Positions 17,682 through 27,422 of a stretch of 64,000 bases of DNA are shown piece after piece. The stretch lies in assembly GCA_036378835.1 (NCBI GenBank), contig DASUVS010000010.1:1308-65307 (forward strand). The letters run 5' to 3'. The first letter of the stretch is position 1, and each line of letters starts with the position of its first letter. The notes beneath the pieces are model-generated. The model was not told the DNA's origin. It searched no databases and saw only the letters and a program-made list of their open reading frames with translations. The DNA is from Candidatus Binatia bacterium (lineage in GTDB: Bacteria > Desulfobacterota > Binatia > UBA9968). The translations under genes and the position numbers were made by a program.

Positions 17682-19739
17682 TTACTTTCGAACCAAGCGC
17701 ACGTCCACCGCGGCTGCGCCGCGACCCTGCGCCCGCACCATCAACGGATTAATCTCTAAATCGGCTAGATGATTTCGATGCGCGGCAAAAATATCCGACA
17801 AGCCGATCATCGCTTTCACCAAAGCGTCGATATCGCGCGGGCCTTGGCCGCGAACCCCCTGAAGCACCTTGGAGCCGCGCAGCTCTTGTAACATCCGGCG
17901 CGCTTCTGCTTCATCGACCGGCAGCAGCCTTATCGCGACGTCTTTCAAGACTTCGACGAGAATGCCGCCCAAGCCCACCATCAAAAACGGACCGTATTGC
18001 GGATCCATGCGCGCGCCCAACAGCACCTCCGTGCCCTGCACCATTTCCTGAACCAGCAGGTGGCCTTTGCCTAGCGTTTTGGATAGAAGCTTCTGTCCTT
18101 CAGCGACCACTTCCTCGGGACTCTTCAGACCCAATACCACGGCACCCGATTCGGTCTTATGAACGATTTCCGCCGCGACCAACTTCAACGCCACCGGAAA
18201 CCCAATCTCTTTCGACTTCAATCCCGCTTCAGCCGCGGTTCCTACCAGAAATTGCTTTGGCAGTCCGATGCCGCAGCTCTGCAAGAGGGCATTGAGTTTG
18301 TCGCCTTCCAACTCGTCCCGATTGCCATTGGCCTCCGGCAGAGTCGGCACCCCGAGCCGTTTGCGTTCGCCGTATAAACCCAAGCCCGCGAGCGCTCGCA
18401 ACGTCGGTTTGATCGCCTGCAGAAATGGAATCCCAGCTTGTTCCTGAAACGTTCGACTTTCGTCGGTACAGCTATAGGTCGAACGGGCGAAAGCGAGGAT
18501 CGGCTTGTCAGTGGCGGCGGCAAGATTTTTGAACAAAGTCGCTTCCCTCTTCTCAGGAAAACGCGGCAACTCGCCGTGAATCGCAAGTAAATCGACAGCA
18601 TCGTCCTCCGCGTGCAGCTTGACGATATTGATGAAGCCCTGCTCATCGCCAAATCCGGCAACGCCGCACTCGAGCGGATTTTCGACGGCGAGCTCCGGCG
18701 GGATCAGCGGACGCACGGCCTCTTTAGTCTTGTCACTCAATTGGGCTAGATTGGTGTTGAGTTCTTCGGCGTGATCGCAGATCAGGCCTTTCATGCCACC
18801 CGAGTTGACCACGATCGCGGCGCGACTGCCGCGAGGATAACGGCCGGCCATGAACGCTAGTGTCATCTCCGTGAGATCTTCCAGAGTCGGGCAACGGACC
18901 AGGCCGAGCCGGTTGCATACCGCATCGAATACTTCATCGGCTCCCGCCAATGCTCCGGTGTGCGAGATGGCCTGCCGCTTGCCCATTTCCGAGCGCCCGA
19001 GCTTAACGACGAGAATCGGCTTGTTCTTGTTAAGAGCCTCATGCGCCAGAGCCATGAATTCGTTGGGGCGGCGGATGCCCTCCGCCATCAATAAGATAAC
19101 CTTGGTCCCTGGATCGTCCACCATGAACGAGAGATAGTCCACCAGATCGAGGCTGATTTCATTGCCGCTGGAAACGGCATAAGTAAAACCGATGCCGCGC
19201 TCGGTGGCGCCTTTAATCCAATTACCCAGGGAGCCGCCGCTCTGAAAGATCAGACCCACGGGACCTTTCTTTAGCAATGGCGTTGAAGTAGGAAATGTCC
19301 AGAGGCCTTCGCTTAAAGAGTACGAGCCCATGCAATTTGGCCCGCAAATGACCAAACCGGTGCGCTCGCACAAATCCTTCATTGCTTGGGCGCGTTCCTT
19401 GCCCTTGGGATCGTCGCCTTCGCCAAAACCGGCAGTATAAATCGTGGCTGATTTGGTGCCGAGCTTGGTTGCTTCTTCCAAAGTGCCCAACACCGCTCGA
19501 GTCGGAATCAGAATCAGCAGTTCCTCGGGAACCTCGGGCAGCGCCGCGAGATTGGGATAACAAGGATAATTTTCAATCTCCTGATAGTTGGGATTGATCA
19601 AAAAGATCTTTCCCGTGTAAGCCTTCTTCAGGTTGCGAAAAATTCCCATCGGCCAACGCCCTTTCGGTGATGCGCCGACGATAGCTACTGATTTGGCAGA
19701 GAGAACATTCTCGACCGGCCTGCGCTGGAATGAAGTCAT
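17682..19739 (-). CDS. ADP-forming acyl/acetyl-CoA synthetase (CoA-binding plus ATP-grasp fusion)
   Basis: 685 aa. N-terminal CoA-binding / succinyl-CoA-synthetase-like domains (SVAIVGAS, GPNCMG) and a C-terminal ATP-grasp domain. Confidence 0.88.
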   Translation of the reverse strand: MTSFQRRPVENVLSAKSVAIVGASPKGRWPMGIFRNLKKAYTGKIFLINPNYQEIENYPCYPNLAALPEVPEELLILIPTRAVLGTLEEATKLGTKSATIYTAGFGEGDDPKGKERAQAMKDLCERTGLVICGPNCMGSYSLSEGLWTFPTSTPLLKKGPVGLIFQSGGSLGNWIKGATERGIGFTYAVSSGNEISLDLVDYLSFMVDDPGTKVILLMAEGIRRPNEFMALAHEALNKNKPILVVKLGRSEMGKRQAISHTGALAGADEVFDAVCNRLGLVRCPTLEDLTEMTLAFMAGRYPRGSRAAIVVNSGGMKGLICDHAEELNTNLAQLSDKTKEAVRPLIPPELAVENPLECGVAGFGDEQGFINIVKLHAEDDAVDLLAIHGELPRFPEKREATLFKNLAAATDKPILAFARSTYSCTDESRTFQEQAGIPFLQAIKPTLRALAGLGLYGERKRLGVPTLPEANGNRDELEGDKLNALLQSCGIGLPKQFLVGTAAEAGLKSKEIGFPVALKLVAAEIVHKTESGAVVLGLKSPEEVVAEGQKLLSKTLGKGHLLVQEMVQGTEVLLGARMDPQYGPFLMVGLGGILVEVLKDVAIRLLPVDEAEARRMLQELRGSKVLQGVRGQGPRDIDALVKAMIGLSDIFAAHRNHLADLEINPLMVRAQGRGAAAVDVRLVRK

Positions 19740-19826
19740 ACGATTCCTTGCTAGCTTAAATTAGATTTTCCTATCTCACGTTCTAAACGTTGCTGCAACA
19801 CAGGTGAAGCGATAGCGCTCTCTCAA

Positions 19827-19840
19827 CCGCTCATGAGCGG
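19827..19840. promoter_or_regulatory. Perfect 14-bp palindrome CCGCTCATGAGCGG about 90 bp upstream of the acyl-CoA synthetase start
   Basis: The sequence is self-complementary. The loop is too short for a stable hairpin, so a protein-binding site is more likely than a terminator. Confidence 0.3.
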
Positions 19841-19863
19841 AAGGAAGCACTGCGATTCCGGCG

Positions 19864-20418
19864 CTAATAGGTAAAAGCCTGGTTTTTCAAAAACGCATCG
19901 GCGTCATCCACGCTAAAGAAAAGCAGCCGAACTTGTTCGAGCGAAGCATTAGATCCAAGAAATTCTTCGATCGTCTCGGATGACACCTTGGCTGCTTCGC
20001 TGAGCGGATAACCGTAGATACCCGTCGATACCGCGGGGAAGGCGATAGTCTTGAGCCCGTGCTCGACCGCCAGACGGAGACAGTTTCGGTAGCATGAAGC
20101 CAGCAATGCTGCCTTCTCGCCGCCTCCTCTTCCGTAAACCGGCCCGACCGTATGAATCACATGCTTAGCAGGCATTCTGCCCGCCGTGGTCATAACCACC
20201 TCTCCGGTCGGCAGCCCTTGGGGAAATTCCTTGGCCCGGATTTCTTTGCACTGCTTCAATATCTCAGGACCGCCTGCTCGATGAATCGCGCCATCGACGC
20301 CGCCACCGCCCATTAAAGTGCCGTTGGCGGCATTGACGATCGCATCGACCTGTTCCTTGGTGATGTCGCCGATCTTGACCGCAATTCGACCGTTAAGAAA
20401 AATTTTTGAAATCTCCAT
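19864..20418 (-). CDS. Macro domain protein / O-acetyl-ADP-ribose deacetylase
   Basis: Macro domain signatures GDITKEQVDAIVNAANGTLMGGGGVDGAIH and STGIYGYP. Confidence 0.9.
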   Translation of the reverse strand: MEISKIFLNGRIAVKIGDITKEQVDAIVNAANGTLMGGGGVDGAIHRAGGPEILKQCKEIRAKEFPQGLPTGEVVMTTAGRMPAKHVIHTVGPVYGRGGGEKAALLASCYRNCLRLAVEHGLKTIAFPAVSTGIYGYPLSEAAKVSSETIEEFLGSNASLEQVRLLFFSVDDADAFLKNQAFTY

Positions 20419-20545
20419 TAATCTTTCCCGCGTATCCCCTCCATCGCCGAGCAGCTAAACGAAATTTTTCCGGTCTGGAATTTAGGCCAAAAGACGGCGA
20501 CAGAAGCGCTTACCAGCCGCGGTTTGTCCCACCAAGCTTCGACGA

Positions 20546-22234
20546 TCAATCCCGTGGCGCGGGCGTGTTCCGCAACACTTGTCCCGGATAGGTACCTGTC
20601 ACGGCGCCGTTCTCGATGACAACTTCCCCATTGACCAGCGTGTGATGCACACCGGTGGCTCGTTGGATCATTCGCCTCTCGTTGCCCGGGAGATCCTGGA
20701 CATATTCGGGCGCCATCGTATCGACGGTATGGGGATCGAACACCGTGATATCGGCGGCAAGTCCGGATCTCAACAAGCCGCGATCGCGCAAGCCGAATAT
20801 CGACGCCACCTGGAAGGTTAGCTTCGAGATCGCTTCCTCCAAGCTCATAATTCCGTTGTCGCGCACCCACCGACCCAAGAATGTGGTGCAGTAGCCGAAC
20901 CTCGCATCATAGCCCATGTGCGCGCCGGCGTCGGATTGACCAATGATGACGAATGGATTTTTGAGGATCTCACAGACTGCGTTGGGGTCTCCTTGCGTGG
21001 TTACGTGCGAGAAGCGCGTTTCGAGATTTTCTTCCAATGCGATATCCAGGAACACATCCAGCGGGTCTTTTCCCCGGCTCCGCGCAATTTCCTCGAGAGT
21101 TCGACCTTGCAGAGATTTATGCTTCGGCAGTTTCGCTTCGTCGACATAGATGACGTCCCAACGCTTGGGGAAAACTGATGGCTCTGGCGAGTTTACTTCA
21201 GCGCGCATTTTTTGCCGCGCTTCGGCGTCTGCAAAAATCGTCTGCCTTTGCTCGACCGGCATAAACATCGCGGCGCGCCAGGTTGGAAATTCATCGAAGC
21301 ATTGCGCATCGAGCAGAGTATAACGGTTCTCGAACGGTTTGGCCTGAGTCATCGCATAGATTGGCAATCCCTCTTCACGAAAAACTCTGGCGGTGGATTC
21401 AAGCATTCCTTTCCAATGATCCGGCCGGGTCCAACTATGGCTGATGCTCTGCCACAATACCGGGCGGCCGGTGGCGCGCGCTAGTTCCGATGCATAGGCA
21501 ATTCGTCCGCGCGCATCCACACCACCACCGCTCAACTGAACCACCCCGGTATTCATATCGCCGAGAACTTCCAACAAAGCCAAGAGTTCTTGATGGGACG
21601 CTACCCGGCTAGCTACCGGCTTGCCGTCTTCGCGCATGTGGCGCGGGTTCTGATTGGTCGAGAAGCCCACCGCGCCGGCGGCGATGCCCTCGCGCACCAA
21701 CTGCTGCATACGGGCGATTTCCTCCGGTGTCGCTTCTCGCTCGACCGCATCTTCTCCCATGACGTAGTGCCGCACGGCGATGTGGCCGATCAGTGCGGCG
21801 ACATTGATGCCAAGATGGGAGCCAAGCGCATCCAGGTATTCGCCGGTGGATACCCACTTCCATTTGATCCCCTGTTCGAGAACCTTACGGCTAATGGCCT
21901 CGACCCGGACAAAACTTTTAATCACCGCCTCGCGGCCATCGGGCTTGCATGGCGCCAGGCTCAGGCCGCAATTTCCCACCACCGCTGAGGTGACGCCGTG
22001 AAAACACGACGACGTGCCTAATGGATCCCATAGCAACTGCGCGTCAAGATGTGTATGAGGGTCGATAAATCCAGGCGTCACCGCCAGGCCTTCGACATTC
22101 AACGTACGCCTGGCCGGCCCATCAAGACGGCCGATTGCGGCGATCTTTCCTCCCGCCACAGCGACATCGCCGCTAAAGCTGGGCATGCCAGACCCGTCAT
22201 AAATTCTTCCACCCTTGATTAGGAGATCGAACAT
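20546..22234 (-). CDS. N-acyl-D-amino-acid deacylase (D-aminoacylase) family amidohydrolase
   Basis: MFDLLIKGGRIYDGSG...PGFIDPHTHLD. 562 aa. GGAG as Shine-Dalgarno sequence. Confidence 0.88.
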   Translation of the reverse strand: MFDLLIKGGRIYDGSGMPSFSGDVAVAGGKIAAIGRLDGPARRTLNVEGLAVTPGFIDPHTHLDAQLLWDPLGTSSCFHGVTSAVVGNCGLSLAPCKPDGREAVIKSFVRVEAISRKVLEQGIKWKWVSTGEYLDALGSHLGINVAALIGHIAVRHYVMGEDAVEREATPEEIARMQQLVREGIAAGAVGFSTNQNPRHMREDGKPVASRVASHQELLALLEVLGDMNTGVVQLSGGGVDARGRIAYASELARATGRPVLWQSISHSWTRPDHWKGMLESTARVFREEGLPIYAMTQAKPFENRYTLLDAQCFDEFPTWRAAMFMPVEQRQTIFADAEARQKMRAEVNSPEPSVFPKRWDVIYVDEAKLPKHKSLQGRTLEEIARSRGKDPLDVFLDIALEENLETRFSHVTTQGDPNAVCEILKNPFVIIGQSDAGAHMGYDARFGYCTTFLGRWVRDNGIMSLEEAISKLTFQVASIFGLRDRGLLRSGLAADITVFDPHTVDTMAPEYVQDLPGNERRMIQRATGVHHTLVNGEVVIENGAVTGTYPGQVLRNTPAPRD

Positions 22235-22369
22235 GGTGTCTCCTTCAATATCACAGCCGGTAGAGACATTAATTACTCGAGGGCAGCGTCAGTGATTCAT
22301 CCGCAATAGCCCAGGAGCCCCTCAAAGGGCAGAGTCAACGGTTTGTGCGAAACGGCCTAAGCTCATCTC

Positions 22370-23110
22370 CTATGCCCCAGGCACGAGCCCGTTCTCTTTC
22401 AATAGGGGCAAAAGCTGATCCTGACTATGAATCAGCATGTTCGGTTTGGCCGCCATCAATGTTTCTTCGTCGTTGTAGGAGTATCCGTTAGAGAGCGCAA
22501 TCGTGACGACTTCGACGTGGTTGCCGGCGACTTTACATCCATCGACGTTGTTTCCGGCGCGGATGTAGGATGCGGTGCCACTGAGCAATATCAATCTCAA
22601 GCTCGGCAGTTTGTGTTCTCTAAACAAGTAGTAAAGCCCCTGTTCTTTGGCGTAGTAGGTCTCATCGCGATCGACGATCTCAGCAAAGTATTTGCCAATG
22701 CCAAAAGTCTCCATCGCGTGGTGTTGATAGCGCCTTCCGCCCGTAGTCAATAGCACATTGCGCAGCCCGGCAGACTTAGTACTTTTCAGCGACTCCTCGA
22801 TTCCGGGAACGAAGTTGGGAGGTTTGGTGTCGAAGCTGTGCTTCCGAGCGATCTCCAGCGCCTGGGTGCGTATCTCCAAACGCTTTTTTTCATTGAAGAT
22901 CAGATTGGTGTCCTCTTTGTACTCATCGGCGAAAACCAAAGGGATCAAAAACAAATCAAACGGCCCGTCGGCAATCTTACGCAAACGTTCAAACGGCAGC
23001 GGATGCAGTCCGTACTTGGGCAGAATCTCCGTGGTAATTGTCAGAACCCTTTGAATGTCGGTCTCCACCGTGTCGGACATCGTTCGAACCAAAAAGGTCT
23101 CGGTTCCCAT
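22370..23110 (-). CDS. Hypothetical protein (possibly a degenerate HAD-like fold)
   Basis: 246-aa ORF with a GGAGG Shine-Dalgarno sequence. It shows weak HAD-like motifs (LLTTGG, GNNVDG) but no DxD nucleophile motif. Confidence 0.6.
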   Translation of the reverse strand: MGTETFLVRTMSDTVETDIQRVLTITTEILPKYGLHPLPFERLRKIADGPFDLFLIPLVFADEYKEDTNLIFNEKKRLEIRTQALEIARKHSFDTKPPNFVPGIEESLKSTKSAGLRNVLLTTGGRRYQHHAMETFGIGKYFAEIVDRDETYYAKEQGLYYLFREHKLPSLRLILLSGTASYIRAGNNVDGCKVAGNHVEVVTIALSNGYSYNDEETLMAAKPNMLIHSQDQLLPLLKENGLVPGA

Positions 23111-23255
23111 GGAATGCCTCCAGACCAGCCGATACTATTCGAAGCCAACTGAGCTGGCAAGCGAGTTTACCGTGTTCGTATTACCATCGGAAAAAGCAGC
23201 GCCACATGGCGACATAGGAGAACGCGCAGCTCATCCCTGAATGGCAACTATTTTC

Positions 23256-23537
23256 CTAGCCGGGACTTTCTTCGAAGGGAAGCCGGTATCTGCGTTCGGA
23301 GTTGCATTTTTTGCAACTAGGCACAAGATTGCCTTTGGTGGATTTACCGCCTCGAATGATCGGCACGAGATGATCCATGGTCAAAATTGCCGGCGGGAAT
23401 TTGCCGCCGCAATAGTGGCAGAGGCCAAGGGCTCGCTTGCGCTTCCACCACTGGCTCGCACGCAGCTCTCGAGCCTTTCGGCGCTCGCGGCGAATTTCTT
23501 CTTCACTGACCGAGACTAGAAACGAAGTCGGTTCCAT
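23256..23537 (-). CDS. Small HNH endonuclease
   Basis: CHYCGGK...DHLVPIIRGG...NLVPSCKKCN matches the HNH/Zn motif. Confidence 0.85.
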   Translation of the reverse strand: MEPTSFLVSVSEEEIRRERRKARELRASQWWKRKRALGLCHYCGGKFPPAILTMDHLVPIIRGGKSTKGNLVPSCKKCNSERRYRLPFEESPG

Positions 23538-23550
23538 GCGGATGATAAAA

Positions 23551-23742
23551 CTACCTGTACCATCGTTTAATATTCACGAAATAGACGGCAAAAGCGATTG
23601 CGGCCAGAAAATAGCCGGCCGCCTGAAAGAGTGCCCAGCCATCGCCGGATTGTAGATATCGCGATAACTGCCAGAATGAAAAGCCGAAGAAGAAAATGAT
23701 CGAGGTGGCAATCAGTATTCGATGGGCGGTAATCAATCTCAT
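23551..23742 (-). CDS. Small membrane protein, 2 TM segments (hypothetical)
   Basis: 63 aa from the ATG at 23742 (the track uses the TTG at 23778). Two hydrophobic helices. It lies 13 nt upstream of the HNH gene. Confidence 0.5.
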   Translation of the reverse strand: MRLITAHRILIATSIIFFFGFSFWQLSRYLQSGDGWALFQAAGYFLAAIAFAVYFVNIKRWYR

Positions 23743-23854
23743 GGGATTAGTGAAACACCACGCTCGCAGCAACTGCAAGGAAGCGGATTGAACATTGCTT
23801 GCCTCGATCAGGATACATCGTATGCACTTGGAACGTTATTATCAGGAGAAAATC

Positions 23855-24235
23855 ATGAGTCGAGAAATAGTCCAAACCAATGAAGCTCCAAAAGCAATCG
23901 GCCCTTATGCCCAGGCGATTAAAGCCAACGGTTTTGTCTACACCGCCGGGCAAATCGCTATTCGCCCTGATAGCGGCGAGCTGGTCGACGGCGGCATCGC
24001 GGCGCAAACGCGCCAAGTCTTTGCCAATCTCGCCGCGGTTTTAAAAGCGGCGGGAACATCGATGGATCAGGTGGTCAAGGCAACGGTATTCCTGCGCGAC
24101 ATGACCGATTTTGCCGCAATGAATGAAGTCTATGCCGAGCATCTCGGTAAGGCTACTCCAGCCAGGTCAACGGTAGCCGTGACGGAACTACCTCGGGGAG
24201 CGCTGATCGAGATCGATCTGATTGCAGAGGTGTAG
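23855..24235 (+). CDS. ridA: RidA/YjgF family reactive-intermediate deaminase
   Basis: MSREIVQTNEAPKAIGPYAQAI... The ATG at 23855 is preceded by GGAG. Confidence 0.93.
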   Translation: MSREIVQTNEAPKAIGPYAQAIKANGFVYTAGQIAIRPDSGELVDGGIAAQTRQVFANLAAVLKAAGTSMDQVVKATVFLRDMTDFAAMNEVYAEHLGKATPARSTVAVTELPRGALIEIDLIAEV

Positions 24236-24250
24236 GGCGAGAACGATCTG

Positions 24251-24835
24251 CTAAGTGCGCGAGACCATCTGCAGGAGTTTCTGTAGCACCGTCTCCACAA
24301 TGTTAGTCAAAGAATCAGATCCGGCTTCGATGGTTTCTTCGCTAGGCGGGTATGCGAACATCCCCTTGGTGCCGGTGACCACCCAGGATTTTTCGTCGCC
24401 ATCGGTTTCGGGTAGTTTCTTGCCGGTTGTCTTGGCACCGATATTTTTGCTGCGAACTTTTTCCTGGTGGTTCTTGTAGCGTGTGAACTGCCCGCGTTTA
24501 AGCCAGATCCCGTCGCACTTGAAACAACGTCGGAACTGCACATCGGCTCCCAGCGAAGGTTCATTGATCGCCGACATTCGCGCGGTACAGCGCGGGCAAA
24601 AAATTTCCTTTTGCAAAACCAGCGGCAACCGGAGGAGTTTCTCGTCGGCGGGTTCCAGACGCGCCGCTTCATCGGCTTGGATCGGAAAGAGTTCCCATTT
24701 GTCGCACCAGATACCGCCGCATTGGCCGCACTGATCCAGTTCGATCAGCGAGCCCGGATTGGCGCGCACGCTGACCGGCTTCATCGGCACTTCGCATTGC
24801 GGGCATCGCACCACTTCAGCGCGTTCCTTGCGCAT
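24251..24835 (-). CDS. Tandem zinc-ribbon (zf-TFIIB-like) domain protein
   Basis: Two CxxC...CxxC ribbons (CPQC..CGQCGGIWCD and CPRC..CFKCDGIWL). It overlaps the 3' end of the M48 gene. Confidence 0.75.
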   Translation of the reverse strand: MRKERAEVVRCPQCEVPMKPVSVRANPGSLIELDQCGQCGGIWCDKWELFPIQADEAARLEPADEKLLRLPLVLQKEIFCPRCTARMSAINEPSLGADVQFRRCFKCDGIWLKRGQFTRYKNHQEKVRSKNIGAKTTGKKLPETDGDEKSWVVTGTKGMFAYPPSEETIEAGSDSLTNIVETVLQKLLQMVSRT

Positions 24836-25751
24836 CGATGGTTTCAACTCCGAACTGCGCTGCAGGTCGCGGCAAAGCTCCCATCTGATACAGCAGCATG
24901 ATTCGCCGATTGATCGGCGGATGGCTGCTTAATAGATCAGCGAGTTTCCCGTCGCTACCATCGGTGCGCCGGCGCAGCGGGTTGATGAAAAAAAGATGGG
25001 CGGTGCCGCGCGTCGCCTTTTGAAACGGCATCCCGGCATCGCGGATTTTTTCCAGTGCGTTTGCCAAACCCTGCGGATTGCGGGTGAACTCGACGGCGGT
25101 GGCATCGGCCAAATACTCGCGCTGCCGTGACACCGCCATCGCCAAGAGGCGCGAGATCAACGGAGAGAGGATGATCAGCAGCACCGCCGGAATCGCAAAC
25201 AACGCCTGAGCGTTTGGGCGACGCACAGGCCGCGCGCCACAGATTGAGCGCTGAGCCCAATCAGAGAGCAGAACCACACCGCCCAAAAGGACGGTGATCA
25301 GCAGCATGACCGATGTGTCATTGTTTTTGATATGCGCCATTTCATGGGCGACCACACCTTGAGTTTCCTCGCGGCCGAGCAAGGTCAACAGTCCCGTGGT
25401 AACGCAAATCGATGCGGATTCTTCATTGCGGCCGGTGGCAAATGCGTTGGGCGCAGGATCGTAAGTGACATAGACTTTCGGCATGCGGCAGCCTGAGGCC
25501 AACGCCATTTCTTTGACAATATTGTGCAGTTCGCGATGCTCGGGTATCTGGATATCGAGTGGTTCAGCGCCGACCGAGGACAGAATCAACTTGCTCCCCT
25601 GGCGATAACCTGTGTACGCCACCGTCACCGAAATACATAAGGCGATCAGTGTAGCTATCGGAAACGAAGCCCCGCGCGCGCCAAACGCGTCCAGATAGAG
25701 ATAATCGATAGAGAGTCCTATGAGGGAAAAAAAGAACAAAAAGCAAAACAC
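24816..25751 (-). CDS. M48 family (HtpX-like) zinc metallopeptidase
   Basis: HEMAHIKN is the HExxH motif. Multiple TM segments. The first canonical start (GTG 25751) lies inside TM1; see the finding on the in-frame upstream extension. Confidence 0.85.
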   Translation of the reverse strand: MFCFLFFFSLIGLSIDYLYLDAFGARGASFPIATLIALCISVTVAYTGYRQGSKLILSSVGAEPLDIQIPEHRELHNIVKEMALASGCRMPKVYVTYDPAPNAFATGRNEESASICVTTGLLTLLGREETQGVVAHEMAHIKNNDTSVMLLITVLLGGVVLLSDWAQRSICGARPVRRPNAQALFAIPAVLLIILSPLISRLLAMAVSRQREYLADATAVEFTRNPQGLANALEKIRDAGMPFQKATRGTAHLFFINPLRRRTDGSDGKLADLLSSHPPINRRIMLLYQMGALPRPAAQFGVETIDAQGTR

Positions 25752-25829
25752 GATGAACGCACTGATCCGGCGATTGCGGGTTTGACGTTCAGCGAAATCT
25801 CGCGACTTGAGAATACCCAGTTTGACTGC

Positions 25830-26393
25830 CTAAAAGAGAAGGGACAACTTAAGACTCACGCGCGGCGCCGCTCGTTCCGTTTCGGGAGCGGAGAAAAACT
25901 CGCTCGGCTTGAACCGGAAGAAGCTCGCGATCATGTTCGACGGAAACACTTCCTGCTTCATGTTATAGCGCATCACCAGATCGTTATAGTATTGGCGGGC
26001 AAAGGCGATTTGATTTTCAGTGGTCGTCAATTCTTCCTGTAGCCGGAGCACGTTTTGGTTCGCTTTGAGATCGGGATAGTTTTCCATCAACGCGAACATT
26101 CGCCCCAGCGACTGCGTTAACGCAGTCTGCGCTTCAGCATTTTCTTTGATTCCGGTAGAGGTCATGGCTCTGCTTCGCGCATCGATGACTTTTTGCAATG
26201 TATCCTGTTCGTGTTGCATGTAGCCCTTGACCGTTTCGACGAGATTCGGAATCAAGTCATAACGCCGTTTAAGCTGCACGTCGATCTGCTTCCAGGCATT
26301 CTCGATCTGATGCCGCAGCGCCACGAGACCGTTGTAAGTCCAAATCAGCCAAACTGCGATCAGAAAAATAACGGCCCAGAAAAGCCACGTCAT
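25830..26393 (-). CDS. LemA family protein
   Basis: N-terminal TM segment. LemA core (RRYDLIPNLV, ENYPDLKANQNV). The ATG at 26393 forms an ATGA overlap with the upstream dehydrogenase stop. Confidence 0.9.
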   Translation of the reverse strand: MTWLFWAVIFLIAVWLIWTYNGLVALRHQIENAWKQIDVQLKRRYDLIPNLVETVKGYMQHEQDTLQKVIDARSRAMTSTGIKENAEAQTALTQSLGRMFALMENYPDLKANQNVLRLQEELTTTENQIAFARQYYNDLVMRYNMKQEVFPSNMIASFFRFKPSEFFSAPETERAAPRVSLKLSLLF

Positions 26394-27418
26394 CGTCCCC
26401 ACCTCCCAGCCAACTCATCGCGAACCAGTATCGATTGAGTCAAGTCACCAAGGGAGGCGACACCGGTCATTGTCAGAACCCGCTGCATCTCCTCGGCTAG
26501 TATTGCGAAAACCCGCGCGACCCCGCGCGCGCCGAAAGCGCCGACACCCCAAGCTATGGGACGTCCCACCAGCACCGCCCGCGCCCCGAGCGCAATCGCT
26601 TTAACGATGTCGCCGCCGCTGCGAATTCCGCTATCGAGCAGCACCGGCACCTTAGCGCCGACCGCGGCAACCACTTCAGGCAACACTTCCAAGGCCGCGC
26701 GATTGAAATCCAGAATTCTGCCGCCGTGATTAGACACGACCAGAGCATCGGCGCCCGCATTAACCGCATCATGAGCATCCTCCGCGCTCATAATGCCCTT
26801 GACGATCACCGGCAATGACACTTGCTGCTTTAGCCATTCGATGTCTTTGGGCGAAGACTTGTGCCCTTTCCTCGGCTTACCGTCCTTGGTGGAGAGAGGC
26901 ACTTCATCGCCGATCTTAACCGGCCGCACCGTGTCCATGGTGATTCCCACTGCCGCAAAGCCGAGATCCTGCGCAAGCCTGGCATACTCCGTGACTTCTT
27001 CTCGGCCGCGGTTCATATAAGCCATGAACACGAACGGCGACTTCGCCGCGTTGCGCCAATCCCGCGGGTTGAATTTAGCCGCCTGGCTGACAAACATCAT
27101 GGCACCCACCCGATCAGTGCCTTCGGCGACTTCCCGTTCCGCGTCCTTGCCAATCAGACTGAAACTGCCCACCGGCGCGGTGATCGCCGGGATCGGCAGC
27201 TTGTGGCCAAAGAGTTCGATCGCAATGTCCGGATCGGTGATGTCGTGGAAAATCCTTTGCCGGAACATGTACTGACGGAATGCACGGGGATTTCGATGAA
27301 ATGTCGCCTTGGTTTCAGCGGCGCCGTTGAAATGATGCCAAGCCTCAGCCGGCATGGTTCGGCGGGCGATCTCGCGGAGATCGCGGAGTCCCATTTGTTC
27401 CAGTGGTTTTTCAATCAT
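26390..27418 (-). CDS. FMN-dependent alpha-hydroxy-acid oxidase/dehydrogenase (LldD / glycolate-oxidase family)
   Basis: VSNHGGR signature and TIM-barrel FMN motifs. The ATG at 27418 matches the family N-terminus. The longer track ORF overlaps the VOC gene by 100 nt. Confidence 0.88.
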   Translation of the reverse strand: MIEKPLEQMGLRDLREIARRTMPAEAWHHFNGAAETKATFHRNPRAFRQYMFRQRIFHDITDPDIAIELFGHKLPIPAITAPVGSFSLIGKDAEREVAEGTDRVGAMMFVSQAAKFNPRDWRNAAKSPFVFMAYMNRGREEVTEYARLAQDLGFAAVGITMDTVRPVKIGDEVPLSTKDGKPRKGHKSSPKDIEWLKQQVSLPVIVKGIMSAEDAHDAVNAGADALVVSNHGGRILDFNRAALEVLPEVVAAVGAKVPVLLDSGIRSGGDIVKAIALGARAVLVGRPIAWGVGAFGARGVARVFAILAEEMQRVLTMTGVASLGDLTQSILVRDELAGRWGR

Positions 27419-27422
27419 GGAT

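Noticed and set aside
20418-20870. 150-aa minus-strand ORF bridging the macro-domain and D-aminoacylase genes
   Set aside because: It is out of frame with, and mostly overlaps, the well-supported D-aminoacylase 3' end. The translation is Arg/Gly-rich.
23256-23778. HNH endonuclease plus small membrane protein as a mobile element or defence module
   Set aside because: No integrase, transposase, intron/intein context, ATPase or methylase partner is present, and no flanking repeats. A stand-alone 93-aa HNH protein is insufficient evidence.
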